From contig JBMONN010000007.1 in assembly GCA_049323935.1 (NCBI GenBank), positions 340 to 64,339 of the forward strand: a stretch of DNA of 64,000 nucleotides. The letters run 5' to 3'. Under the pieces are notes generated by a model, which worked only from the letters and a program-made list of their open reading frames with translations, was not told the DNA's origin and searched no databases. Position numbers and translations under genes: made by a program. Below, piece after piece: positions 20,441 through 30,347 of the stretch; within the stretch, counting starts at the first letter, position 1; each line of letters opens with the position of its first letter. The stretch is from Thermodesulfobacteriota bacterium (GTDB lineage Bacteria; Desulfobacterota; Desulfobulbia; Desulfobulbales; SURF-16).

Positions 20441-20967
20441 GCGTTCCCCCTCCCGCTTCTGGCCAGCACCAGGGAACCGATAATGGCGACAAGCAGGACG
20501 ATTGAGATGAGTTCAAAGACCATGCTGTAGGAAGTCAGCAGGCTCATGCCCACCTCCTTCAACGAACCGTCATTTATTTTAGCAGCAGGCGACATCCACT
20601 GACCCTTTACCGCCGCATAACCCAGTGCATAGGCAAAGGCGCCGCCGCACACCGCGGCAAGCCCACCGCTCAAACCGGTGATTTTACGGGATTGGCGTGC
20701 CTCGTTTGGTTCGGCGAGCATGATGGCAAAGGCAATGGTGACGCAGACGGCGCCGACATAAATGAGCAGCTCCATCAGGGCCACGAAGGGGCTGTTCAGA
20801 TAGTAGTAAAGACCAGCGACGCCGAGAAAACAGACGGCCAAGCCGGTGACACTTCTGATCAGGCGCCTGGAACAGGTGGCGATGATCGCCCCCACCAAGG
20901 TGACGCCGATCACGGCCAGAAAAATGAGTCCGCCCAAGCCTTCCGGCGAAAACAGTGAAGGATTCAT
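20437..20967 (-). CDS. nuoJ: Complex I subunit J
   Basis: 176 aa membrane protein in the J position, with NuoJ-like LELLIYVGAVCVTIAFAIML. Confidence 0.85.
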   Translation of the reverse strand: MNPSLFSPEGLGGLIFLAVIGVTLVGAIIATCSRRLIRSVTGLAVCFLGVAGLYYYLNSPFVALMELLIYVGAVCVTIAFAIMLAEPNEARQSRKITGLSGGLAAVCGGAFAYALGYAAVKGQWMSPAAKINDGSLKEVGMSLLTSYSMVFELISIVLLVAIIGSLVLARSGRGNA

Positions 20968-21530
20968 CAGCTTTGTTCCTCCGCAGATTCTTTCTTGGCC
21001 GCCTGCTTCTTTTCCGCAGCGGCTTTCTTGGCTGCCTCCTTCTTTTCCTCCTCCTGCCTCAGGAGCTCCGGATCAACCTTGGGCTCAGGCACCCCTTCTG
21101 GATGGAGCCGTTGCAGGAGATCGAAGGTAAAATCCTCCCGACGGGTGCTGGCCAGGTTATAGTCCTTGGAAAAGGTGATAGCCTCGGGCTTGCAGTTATC
21201 GACACACTGGCCGCAGAGACTGCAGGTGGTGAAATTGAGTATATAGGCGGTCACCACCTTGCCCTTGACCCCGGGGCGTTTTTCCGACTTCACCGTGATG
21301 CAGCCGGACGGGCAGCCCTTTTCACACATACCGCAGGCAATGCAACGATGGGTGCCGGTCTTTTCATCCTTGACCATCTCGATGTGCCCCCGGTAGCGGG
21401 GAGTCATCTTCAGCGCTTCGTGGGGATACTGCAGGGTGATCGGTTTTTTAACAAATTCTTTAATGGTGATGTTCAGGCCGATCACCAGACTCTTGGTCCC
21501 GTTCAGCAAATCTCTAAAGTACCCGGACAT
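20967..21530 (-). CDS. nuoI: Complex I subunit I (2x[4Fe-4S] ferredoxin-like) with a Lys/Ala/Glu-rich C-terminal tail
   Basis: The track ORF extends to 21734. I place the start at the ATG at 21530 (MSGYFRDLLNGTKS...), 2 nt after the nuoH stop. Cluster motifs CIACGMCEKGCP and CSLCGQCVDNCP. Tail is ...EEEKKEAAKKAAAEKKQAAKKESAEEQS. Confidence 0.88.
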   Translation of the reverse strand: MSGYFRDLLNGTKSLVIGLNITIKEFVKKPITLQYPHEALKMTPRYRGHIEMVKDEKTGTHRCIACGMCEKGCPSGCITVKSEKRPGVKGKVVTAYILNFTTCSLCGQCVDNCKPEAITFSKDYNLASTRREDFTFDLLQRLHPEGVPEPKVDPELLRQEEEKKEAAKKAAAEKKQAAKKESAEEQS

Positions 21531-21532
21531 AA

Positions 21533-22516
21533 TCAGAAGACCTTTATGAATGCGGCGGTAAGCAGCAGGTTGACAAGCGAAAAGGGAATCAGGTATTTCC
21601 AGGAAAGATTGAGCAGACCCCAGAGGGTCACCCGCGGGTAGGTCCAGCGAATCCAGACAAAGCACCAGACCAGGAAATACATCTTGATGAGGAACCAGTG
21701 CACTCCGGGAAAGAGACCGAACGGACACTGCCACCCACCGAGAAAAAGAATGGTGGTAAGACAGCAGCCGACGACCAGGTTGGCGTACTCGGCCATCATG
21801 AAGAGACCGAAACCCATGCCGCCGTATTCGGTCATGTGTCCGGCGATCAGTTCGCTCTCCGCCTCGCCGAGATCGAAGGGCGCTCGGTTGGCCTCTGCCA
21901 GGGTGCAGACGAAGAAGACGAGAAAGGAAATCGGCATGAGGATCGACTTATCGAGCCGAAAGATGTTCCAGTTCCAGAACATGCCGCTCTGCTGACGGAT
22001 GATCTCGTTGAGATTCATGGTGCCTGCCACCATCACGATGGTCATGGCGGTGATCAGCATGGGGATCTCATAGGCGATGTTCTGGGAAACCGCCCTGGTG
22101 CCGGCGATCAGCGAATACTTATTGCGTGACCCCCAACCGGCGATGAGAATGGACAGAGCCGCCAGGGAGGCAAAGGCGAAGATCATCAGCAGCCCAAGAT
22201 CGAACTCCCTGGGCACAAGGGTCTCGGACCAGGGAATGGCGACATAGACGAGCACCGCCGGGGTCATGATAAGAATCGGTGCTGCCATGTAGAGGGCGCG
22301 ATCGGCGCCGTCCGGAATGATCAGCTGCTTGGACATCAGCTTGAGTCCGTCGGCCAGCGGCTGCAGCAGACCGTAGGGCCCGACCTCCTTCGGCCCGTTG
22401 CGGCGCTGGATATGACCCGCGCCCTTCCGCTCCACCCAGCCCAAATAGGCGAGATTGAGGCCGAGGAAGGCAGAAATACCGATCAGGTAACTGAGCACCC
22501 GTACCAATTCGTCCAT
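21533..22516 (-). CDS. nuoH: Complex I subunit H
   Basis: 327 aa. NuoH signature RAPFDLGEAESELIAGHMTEYGG. Confidence 0.93.
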   Translation of the reverse strand: MDELVRVLSYLIGISAFLGLNLAYLGWVERKGAGHIQRRNGPKEVGPYGLLQPLADGLKLMSKQLIIPDGADRALYMAAPILIMTPAVLVYVAIPWSETLVPREFDLGLLMIFAFASLAALSILIAGWGSRNKYSLIAGTRAVSQNIAYEIPMLITAMTIVMVAGTMNLNEIIRQQSGMFWNWNIFRLDKSILMPISFLVFFVCTLAEANRAPFDLGEAESELIAGHMTEYGGMGFGLFMMAEYANLVVGCCLTTILFLGGWQCPFGLFPGVHWFLIKMYFLVWCFVWIRWTYPRVTLWGLLNLSWKYLIPFSLVNLLLTAAFIKVF

Positions 22517-22527
22517 AATGTTTCTCC

Positions 22528-23649
22528 TTACCGGTCCATCTCCGGGATAACGAGATCAAGGCTTCCCATGAAGGCCAGCGCATCGGCAAGCAGCATGCCC
22601 CTGCTCGCCTCCTCGAACAGGCTGAGATTGGAGAAGGTGGGCGACCTGATCTTCATCCGGTATGCCTGATTGGTGCCGTCGCTGACCGCACGCATGGCGT
22701 AGGTGCCGCGAGCCGCCTCAACGGCGAAGTAGAAGTCGCCCTTCGGCGGTTTCAATGCCTTAGGCACCTTTTCCGCCATCACCGGTCCCTGTGGCAACTT
22801 GTTCAGGGCCTGCTCGATAATGCGCATGGACTGCATGATCTCATCCATCCGCACCATATACCGGGCCATGGAGTCGCATTCGGTATAGACCGGCACATCA
22901 AAGTCAAATTCCGGATACACACTGTAGGGTTCGTTCTTGCGGACATCAAAATTGACGCCGGAACCGCGCAGGACCGGGCCGCTGGCACCGTATTTCCGAC
23001 ACATCTCGGCGGAGACCGGGCCAATGCCGATAAGTCGCTCCATCAGAATGACGTTGCCGGTGACCAGATCGTGATACATGGGCATGCGGGCGCGAAGCCG
23101 CTTGATAAAGGCATGGGTGCCGGTAACGAAATCATCGTCGATATCGTTATAAACACCGCCGAAACGAAAATAACAGTAAGTGAGCCGCGATCCGGTGACC
23201 GATTCCAGCAGGTCGAGGATGATCTCCCGATCGTCAAAGGCGTAGAGAAGCGGGGTGAAGCCGCCGAGGTCGAGAACAAAGGCGCCGAACCAGAGAAGAT
23301 GGCTCTGGATGCGGTTGAGTTCCACGGTGATGACCCGGATGTATTCGGCCCGCTCCGGCACCTCGATACCCATGGCCCGCTCGACCAGACCGGCATAGCC
23401 GTGGTTGTAAGCCATGGCGGAAAGATAATCCATCCTGCCGAGATTGGGCCAGAACTGGTTCCAGGTGCGATTCTCACCCATTTTTTCATGCATGCGGTGG
23501 ATATAACCGAGCACCGGTTCCGCATTGACCACATACTCGCCATCCATGGTCAGCTTGACGCGGAGAACACCGTGGGTGGCAGGATGCTGCGGCCCCAGGT
23601 TCAGCTCGAAGGTCTCATACAGCTGGCTTTGGGCAAATGAACGGCTCAT
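22528..23649 (-). CDS. nuoD: Complex I subunit D (49-kDa/NiFe large-subunit-like)
   Basis: 373 aa. LNLGPQHPATHGVLR near the N-terminus. ATGA overlap with nuoC. Only 11 nt separate it from nuoH. Confidence 0.93.
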   Translation of the reverse strand: MSRSFAQSQLYETFELNLGPQHPATHGVLRVKLTMDGEYVVNAEPVLGYIHRMHEKMGENRTWNQFWPNLGRMDYLSAMAYNHGYAGLVERAMGIEVPERAEYIRVITVELNRIQSHLLWFGAFVLDLGGFTPLLYAFDDREIILDLLESVTGSRLTYCYFRFGGVYNDIDDDFVTGTHAFIKRLRARMPMYHDLVTGNVILMERLIGIGPVSAEMCRKYGASGPVLRGSGVNFDVRKNEPYSVYPEFDFDVPVYTECDSMARYMVRMDEIMQSMRIIEQALNKLPQGPVMAEKVPKALKPPKGDFYFAVEAARGTYAMRAVSDGTNQAYRMKIRSPTFSNLSLFEEASRGMLLADALAFMGSLDLVIPEMDR

Positions 23650-24239
23650 GGCTTATAATCCTTGCGTAATGGATAAAAATCCGCGTCATCGGGCAGGAGA
23701 AAACGTTCCAGTTGCGGGTGGCCGACAAAATTGATACCGAGCAGATCCCAGGTTTCCCGCTCATGCCAGTTGGCGCCAGGGAAAATGGCGGAAACGGTGG
23801 GAACATCCGGTTTATCGCGGTCGATGCGGGTTCGGACAACAACGCGGAACTGGGCCGCGCCGGTATAACTGTAATCGTAGATCACCTCGAACTGCTTGTC
23901 ATTGATCCAGTCGACTCCGGTTACCGCTTCTATGGTCATCCCCTCGTCATCGAGAATGGATGCCGCTTCAACCACCTGGTCAGGGGCAACCTGAACATCA
24001 AGATGGGTTCCCCGCTTGGCGTATTCGGTAACCAGGAGACCGTTTTCCCGAGGCTTTTCCACTTCCTTCTTCTTGCCCTTGGCATCTGTTTCTTCCCCGC
24101 CAGCCGGCGTCTCGGCTTCCTGCGGCGGGGATGACTGACCGGCAAGCCCTTGAGCAGCCAGCTTCTCCAGTTCACGTTGTATCTTCGCTCGATCCATATT
24201 CAGTACCATGTGTTCGGCTGCGGCCCGGGGGGCGGGCAC
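23646..24239 (-). CDS. nuoC: Complex I subunit C (30-kDa) with a charged N-terminal extension
   Basis: 197-aa ORF with a GTG start; the true start is uncertain (ATGs at 24209 and 24197, none with a clear SD). Core motif FPGANWHERETWDLLGINFVGHP. The first roughly 60 aa are a Lys/Glu/Pro-rich extension. Confidence 0.85.
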   Translation of the reverse strand: MPAPRAAAEHMVLNMDRAKIQRELEKLAAQGLAGQSSPPQEAETPAGGEETDAKGKKKEVEKPRENGLLVTEYAKRGTHLDVQVAPDQVVEAASILDDEGMTIEAVTGVDWINDKQFEVIYDYSYTGAAQFRVVVRTRIDRDKPDVPTVSAIFPGANWHERETWDLLGINFVGHPQLERFLLPDDADFYPLRKDYKP

Positions 24240-24263
24240 ACGAAAAAAGGCTGCGGGTGGGTT

Positions 24264-24782
24264 TTATTCCGGCGTGACCCGCGGCCAGCGGCGTTTACCG
24301 GTCAGCTTTTCCTCCAGGGCAAGAATCCCCTCGATCAGGGCCTCGGGGCGAGGAGGACATCCGGGAATGTAAACATCCACCGGCAGAAAGCTGTCCGCCC
24401 CCTCGACGACATTGTACTGCCCCTCGAAGACAAAGGGGCCGCCGGATATCGCACAGTTGCCCATGGCAATGACCCATTTGGGTTCCGGCATCTGATCATA
24501 GAGGGTCTTGACCGCAGGCAGCATTTTCTTGTTTACCGTACCGGCAACAATCATGACATCGGCCTGGCGCGGGGACGGACGAAAAACCTCGGCTCCGAAA
24601 CGGGCAAGATCAAAGCGGGAGGCGCCGGCCGCCATCATTTCAATGGCACAGCAGGCAAGACCGAAGGTCATGGGCCACAGCGAGTTGGCCCGGCACAGAT
24701 TGCGCAGTTTATCAAACTGGGCAAACTGGACTAACGCAGATGGTATGTTTTCCGTTCCCACTTGAACACTCCCTTTTTCCAT
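24264..24782 (-). CDS. nuoB: Complex I subunit B (N2 cluster subunit)
   Basis: 172 aa with cluster cysteines in [19 protein letters not shown] and [11 protein letters not shown]. The annotated start overlaps the nuoA 3' end by 52 nt, so the exact start is uncertain. Confidence 0.9.
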   Translation of the reverse strand: MEKGSVQVGTENIPSALVQFAQFDKLRNLCRANSLWPMTFGLACCAIEMMAAGASRFDLARFGAEVFRPSPRQADVMIVAGTVNKKMLPAVKTLYDQMPEPKWVIAMGNCAISGGPFVFEGQYNVVEGADSFLPVDVYIPGCPPRPEALIEGILALEEKLTGKRRWPRVTPE

Positions 24783-25135
24783 GCGTAAACGATCGCCAGG
24801 GACAGGATCCCGACAAAAATAACGATCTCAACAAAATCTCGGATGCCCAATGTGGCATCGTTGTAGGCCATGACGACCGGAAACAGAAAGAGGACATCCA
24901 CGTCAAAGGCCAGAAAGATCAAGGCATAAAGGTAATAGACGATGCCATAGCGAATCCAGGCGTCGCCAATGGGTTCCATGCCGCATTCAATCGGTTTGCC
25001 GGTTCTGTTGGCGACATTGCGGGTGGTACGTGGGGCGAAGAGGTAGGCGATAATGATGGGGCCGAAGCCGAAGGCGAGTCCGCAGAGGAGAAAGGCGGCG
25101 ACATAGAGGAGATCCAAGAGAGATTGCTGTTCCAC
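24731..25135 (-). CDS. nuoA: Complex I subunit A
   Basis: The track ORF runs to 25255. I place the start at the GTG at 25135 ([15 protein letters not shown]...), preceded by AAGGAG at 7-nt spacing, giving 134 aa. NuoA signature KPIECGMEP...[19 protein letters not shown]. Confidence 0.8.
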   Translation of the reverse strand: MEQQSLLDLLYVAAFLLCGLAFGFGPIIIAYLFAPRTTRNVANRTGKPIECGMEPIGDAWIRYGIVYYLYALIFLAFDVDVLFLFPVVMAYNDATLGIRDFVEIVIFVGILSLAIVYAWKKGVFKWERKTYHLR

Positions 25136-25282
25136 GAAGTTGCTCCTTTGCCCGTCCGCGCACAACAGCGGACGACACGCAAATGCCGGGCGCACGTCCC
25201 TGCATCGTAAATTTAGTGGATCTGGCCAGCACGGCCGACTCTTTTGGTCGTACACAACAGAAATGTTGCATACTTCCAGCCG

Positions 25283-25311
25283 TTTTTATCCCATCGCCCG
25301 GCCCCTGTCAA
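25283..25311 (-). promoter_or_regulatory. Candidate sigma70-type promoter of the nuo operon
   Basis: On the minus strand, TTGACA (25311-25306), a 17-nt spacer, then TAAAAA (25288-25283). About 140 nt upstream of the nuoA GTG. Pattern match only. Confidence 0.3.
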
Positions 25312-25500
25312 GCGAAAAATGAATGACTATTCACACATTTCCCACCACTACCGCATTGTAACAGAGCAGCTTGCTTGCGCTGACAATGGGTAATAATTGC
25401 AGGGCATTAACGTCAGAGCGACAGATCTGGTTCTGTGTCATCGCACAAAACAACAAGGTCATGAAACAGCAGTGAACAGCGGAGACAGGCGAGGAGGGGT

Positions 25501-26964
25501 TCAGCCGTTTGCCGCGGCAAGCAGGGTCAGCAGGCGTTCGTGGATATTGTCAAAACCGCCGTTGGAGAGAATGGCCACCACATCGCCCTCCCTGAGCAGA
25601 GGAGCAAGAAAGTCGAGGATGACATCGGTATTCGGAAAATAATGACTCTGCCGGCCGCGGCCACGCAGATCGTCAACCAGCTCACGGGCGGAAAAGCGCT
25701 GCTCTTCAGGCAGTGCGGCCAGCAGATCGGGCTCCTTGACCAAGACGACATCGGCCGCATCAAAGGCGGCGACATAGTCCTGCTGAAAGACCCGACGCCG
25801 GCTCGAATTGGTGCGCGGCTCAAAGACGGCGAGCAACCGCTGCCCGTCATAAACCTGGCGCAGGGCAGCCAGGGTCTCACGGACTGCGGTGGGATGATGG
25901 GCAAAATCATCGATAACGGTAATACCGCCCACCACGCCACGCACCTCCTGCCGCCTTCTGACTCCGGCAAAGGCGGCCAACTCGCGGGAGATCACCTCGC
26001 GGGAGAGACCAAGACGATGGAGCACCGCGATCACCGCCAGGGCATTGAGGGCATTGTGGCGACCCGGCATGGCGGTGCGAAAACGCCCATACTCCCGATC
26101 ATCATGGATAACCACAAAATCGGTGCCCTGACGGGAACAGACAACCTCGGTCAGCCGCCACGCCCCCTCTGCCCCATGCCCGTAACCGATCACCGCACAA
26201 GGCGCCGGGGCAACGATCTCCCGCACCACCGGATCATCGAAACAGGCAACCAGACAGCCGTCGGCGGGCATGATATCCACCAGCCGGCGAAACGCCTTTT
26301 TCACCGCCTCCAGATCGGCGTAGATGTCGGCATGGTCGAACTCGATACTGGTGACAATGGCGATATGGGGTTGATAATGAAGAAACTTCGGCCCTTTGTC
26401 AAAGAAGGCGGTATCATACTCGTCGCCCTCAACGACAAAATACTCCCCCTTGCCTACGGTAAAATTGCGACCAAAGGCTTGAACGATACCGCCGATGAGA
26501 AAGCCGGGATCCAGGCCGGCACCATGCAGCATGGTGGCGAGCAGGGAGGAGGTGGTCGTCTTGCCGTGGGTGCCGGCCACCACCAGGGATTTTCTGCCGA
26601 CGAGAAAACGGCTGGCCAACAGCTGAGGAAAGGAAAGATAGGGGATGGCGAGTCGGGCCAGCGCATGGGCCTCGGGATTGACGCGGGTGATGACGTTGCC
26701 GACTATGACCAGATCGGGCCGGACGGCAAGATTGTCCGCCCGGTAGCCCTCCATGATCGGGATGCCGGAGCGGGCGAGAAAATCACTCATCGGCGGATAA
26801 ACATGGGCGTCGGAGCCGGTGATGACATACCCCATGCTTTTCAGCATCCCGGCTACCGCCGCCATGCCGGTGCCGCAGATCCCCATGAGATGGATACTGC
26901 GCACCTCGGCAGGAAAGCAATTAAGAGACGGCGAGAGCAGGGCCGTTTCCTGATGCTGGATCAT
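25501..26964 (-). CDS. mpl: UDP-N-acetylmuramate:L-alanyl-gamma-D-glutamyl-meso-DAP ligase (murein peptide ligase)
   Basis: 487 aa. Mur ligase N-terminus IHLMGICGTGMAAVAGML...VITGSDAHVYPPMSDFL, which resembles Mpl more than MurC, and P-loop GTHGKTTTSS. Confidence 0.82.
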   Translation of the reverse strand: MIQHQETALLSPSLNCFPAEVRSIHLMGICGTGMAAVAGMLKSMGYVITGSDAHVYPPMSDFLARSGIPIMEGYRADNLAVRPDLVIVGNVITRVNPEAHALARLAIPYLSFPQLLASRFLVGRKSLVVAGTHGKTTTSSLLATMLHGAGLDPGFLIGGIVQAFGRNFTVGKGEYFVVEGDEYDTAFFDKGPKFLHYQPHIAIVTSIEFDHADIYADLEAVKKAFRRLVDIMPADGCLVACFDDPVVREIVAPAPCAVIGYGHGAEGAWRLTEVVCSRQGTDFVVIHDDREYGRFRTAMPGRHNALNALAVIAVLHRLGLSREVISRELAAFAGVRRRQEVRGVVGGITVIDDFAHHPTAVRETLAALRQVYDGQRLLAVFEPRTNSSRRRVFQQDYVAAFDAADVVLVKEPDLLAALPEEQRFSARELVDDLRGRGRQSHYFPNTDVILDFLAPLLREGDVVAILSNGGFDNIHERLLTLLAAANG

Positions 26965-27152
26965 GAACGAACGGACCGCAGCACCGTCCTGTAGACCTGC
27001 TCAAAGGTTTCATCGAAATTGGCAGGCGACAGACGGCCGACCTCGATGAATTTGACGACGATCTCTTTGGTCACCTTGAGAATCGCCTCATCGGTAACTG
27101 ACTTGGTGCAATTTTTCTGAAGAGGTTCAGCGGGATTCTGAGTCAAGGACAT
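26961..27152 (-). CDS. Small hypothetical protein (63 aa) translationally coupled to mpl
   Basis: The track ORF starts at 27206. The internal ATG at 27152 gives MSLTQNPAEPLQKNCTKSVTDEAILKVTKEIVVKFIEVGRLSPANFDETFEQVYRTVLRSVRS. Its stop overlaps the mpl start (ATGA). No family recognised. Confidence 0.4.
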   Translation of the reverse strand: MSLTQNPAEPLQKNCTKSVTDEAILKVTKEIVVKFIEVGRLSPANFDETFEQVYRTVLRSVRS

Positions 27153-27359
27153 GAGGATGATCACCCAAGAAAAACAAAAAAGCCCCTGCGGCGGAAAGAA
27201 GGCCAATTCTTGATGCCGGCAGAGGCTTTTTCTTCACTATGAGGAAAAACTTGCGAAAAGCCCTCCCTGAATGAAGAAGATATCCAGGTTTATGAAAATT
27301 TTCAGGACGCGTTGCGACCGTTGCGGATTCCTGAGCCGGATAAGAATTAATTGATGGAG

Positions 27360-27435
<76 letters not shown>

Positions 27436-27456
27436 GTCATTCTGCGAATGCGCCCC

Positions 27457-27485
27457 ATATAATCGAAAGACCGGCACCATGTCAA
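27457..27485 (-). promoter_or_regulatory. Sigma70-type promoter candidate for tRNA-Ala
   Basis: On the minus strand, TTGACA (27485-27480), a 17-nt spacer, then TTATAT (27462-27457). The -10 ends 21 nt upstream of the tRNA 5' end. Confidence 0.5.
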
Positions 27486-27665
27486 GTTTTTTTTCCTTGA
27501 CATCATCGCGCCACAGCAGGCTCCTCTTTTCTTTCAACCGGCGGTTGCCCGTTCCGTTGTCGAAAAAAAATCAAGACCACGCCGCTATCACGATTCGCTT
27601 TGCCCTGAGCTACGAAGTGACACAGAAGTTTTTTTTGAGAAAGCTGGCAACACCCGGCAATTCTC

Positions 27666-27694
27666 TTGCGCACCCTCTTGTTTTTTGCTAAGTT
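27666..27694 (+). promoter_or_regulatory. Candidate promoter upstream of mreB
   Basis: TTGCGC (27666-27671), a 17-nt spacer, then TAAGTT (27689-27694). Would give a leader of roughly 180 nt. Pattern match only. Confidence 0.25.
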
Positions 27695-27811
27695 TTCATG
27701 TTTTCAGGATAGGAGCAGGTGCACCTGGACAATGCTGCATCACATTCCGCCCCTTTTGCGCCTGCCCACTGCCCGGCGCGCCGGGTCGCTCCACGTAGAT
27801 ACCGATCCTGA

Positions 27812-28915
<1,104 letters not shown>

Positions 28916-28922
28916 TACCTGC

Positions 28923-29783
28923 ATGCGAAAAAAAAAGAAACCAACGAAGCACGTTAAGATTTATCTCCTCTTCGGCTCCATCCTGACCTTCATCCTTATC
29001 CTCATCGCCTCTACCATGGGCCGCCAGGAATTGAACGGTCCGCAGCGGCTGGCGCTCGATCTCATCGGTAAGGGACAGTATGTAGTCGCCACCATCGCCG
29101 GCGGCATCACCGGCTTCTGGTCCGACTACCTCGCCATCCTCGATGTTCGCGATGAAAATGCCCGACTCAAGGCGGAACTGGACACTTACAAAACGATGAA
29201 CATCAAGCACCGGGAGGCAGTGGCAACCAATGTCCGCCTCAGCAAGCTGCTGCAGATGAAGGAAACCCTGCCGCCCCCTACCTTGACAGCCCAGGTTATC
29301 GGTCGTGACCCCTCTCTCTGGTTTCGCACCATCATCATCGATCGGGGCAGCAGCGAGGGCGTCAGAAAGGGCATGCCGGTGGTGGCGGTGGAAGGGGTCG
29401 TCGGCCAGATCCTTGAGACCTCGCCAAACTACGCCAAAGTCCTGCTCGCCAATGACCCGAACAGCGCCATCGACGTGCTGGTTCAGAAGAACCGGGTGCA
29501 GGGCATCCTTAAGGGAAACGGCAGCAGTGGATTCAGCCTGCTCTATGTCCTCAAAAACGCCGACGTGGAAAAAGGAGATATCATCGTCACCTCCGGTCTT
29601 GGCGATGTCTTCCCCAAAGGATTACCGGTGGGCACGGTTTCCGAGGTTGTGAAAAGCAAACGCGGCATGTTTCAGACCATTGATGTGACGCCGGCTGTCG
29701 ATTTTTCCCAGCTCGAATTTCTGCTGATCATCATGCAGGAAACCTCCCTCACCGGCCAGGAATTCCGTAACAGATACCAGTGA
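28923..29783 (+). CDS. mreC: Rod shape-determining protein MreC
   Basis: 286 aa with an N-terminal TM segment, a coiled-coil and MreC beta-domains (GMPVVAVEGVVGQI..., GDIIVTSGLGDVFPKGLPVGTV). Confidence 0.88.
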   Translation: MRKKKKPTKHVKIYLLFGSILTFILILIASTMGRQELNGPQRLALDLIGKGQYVVATIAGGITGFWSDYLAILDVRDENARLKAELDTYKTMNIKHREAVATNVRLSKLLQMKETLPPPTLTAQVIGRDPSLWFRTIIIDRGSSEGVRKGMPVVAVEGVVGQILETSPNYAKVLLANDPNSAIDVLVQKNRVQGILKGNGSSGFSLLYVLKNADVEKGDIIVTSGLGDVFPKGLPVGTVSEVVKSKRGMFQTIDVTPAVDFSQLEFLLIIMQETSLTGQEFRNRYQ

Positions 29784-29786
29784 GCC

Positions 29787-30323
29787 ATGGCCGTCCTCAG
29801 CTACTTCATCATCGCCCTGCTGCTGCTCGTCCTGCAAACGTCCCTGCTTCCCGGACTGCCGGATTGGCTTGGAAGGCCTGACCCGCTTTTCATCCTGCTC
29901 GTCTTCGCTTGCCTGCGTCTTGACGTATACAGCGCTGCCCTCCTCCTGCTGCTCCTCGGGTTGATCATGGACATCTTTTCCGGCATTTTTCTCGGCATCT
30001 ATCCGGTCACCTATCTGTTGCTGCTCGTCCTGCTCAAATTTTTGTCAAAAAAACTCGCCCTCAACGAGGCCCCCCACCGGTTGCCTCTGGTGCTGGCCTG
30101 TTTCCTGTTCGTCAACACCATCCTCTTCACGTTCGCCACCTTTCTCGCCCCGGGAAACGCCCCTTTTTGGGACTGGATCAAGATCTTGCTGCAGATGCTC
30201 ATGCTCTCCCTCTTTGTGCCTCCCTTGTTCGCCCTGCTCGGCGCCGTTGATTCCTGGCTGACGCCGCGGCGGGCAGTGCTCTTCTTCCAGCGGCCGAAAG
30301 GCAAAAACACCTTCCGTGAATAA
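29787..30323 (+). CDS. mreD: Rod shape-determining protein MreD
   Basis: 178-aa polytopic membrane protein in the canonical position after mreC. Confidence 0.75.
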   Translation: MAVLSYFIIALLLLVLQTSLLPGLPDWLGRPDPLFILLVFACLRLDVYSAALLLLLLGLIMDIFSGIFLGIYPVTYLLLLVLLKFLSKKLALNEAPHRLPLVLACFLFVNTILFTFATFLAPGNAPFWDWIKILLQMLMLSLFVPPLFALLGAVDSWLTPRRAVLFFQRPKGKNTFRE

Positions 30324-30347
30324 ACGGATCAGCGCGCAGATTTCACC

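Noticed and set aside
25540-26994. 484-aa plus-strand ORF opposite mpl
   Set aside because: It is a shadow ORF of mpl with no motifs; mpl itself has Mur-ligase signatures.
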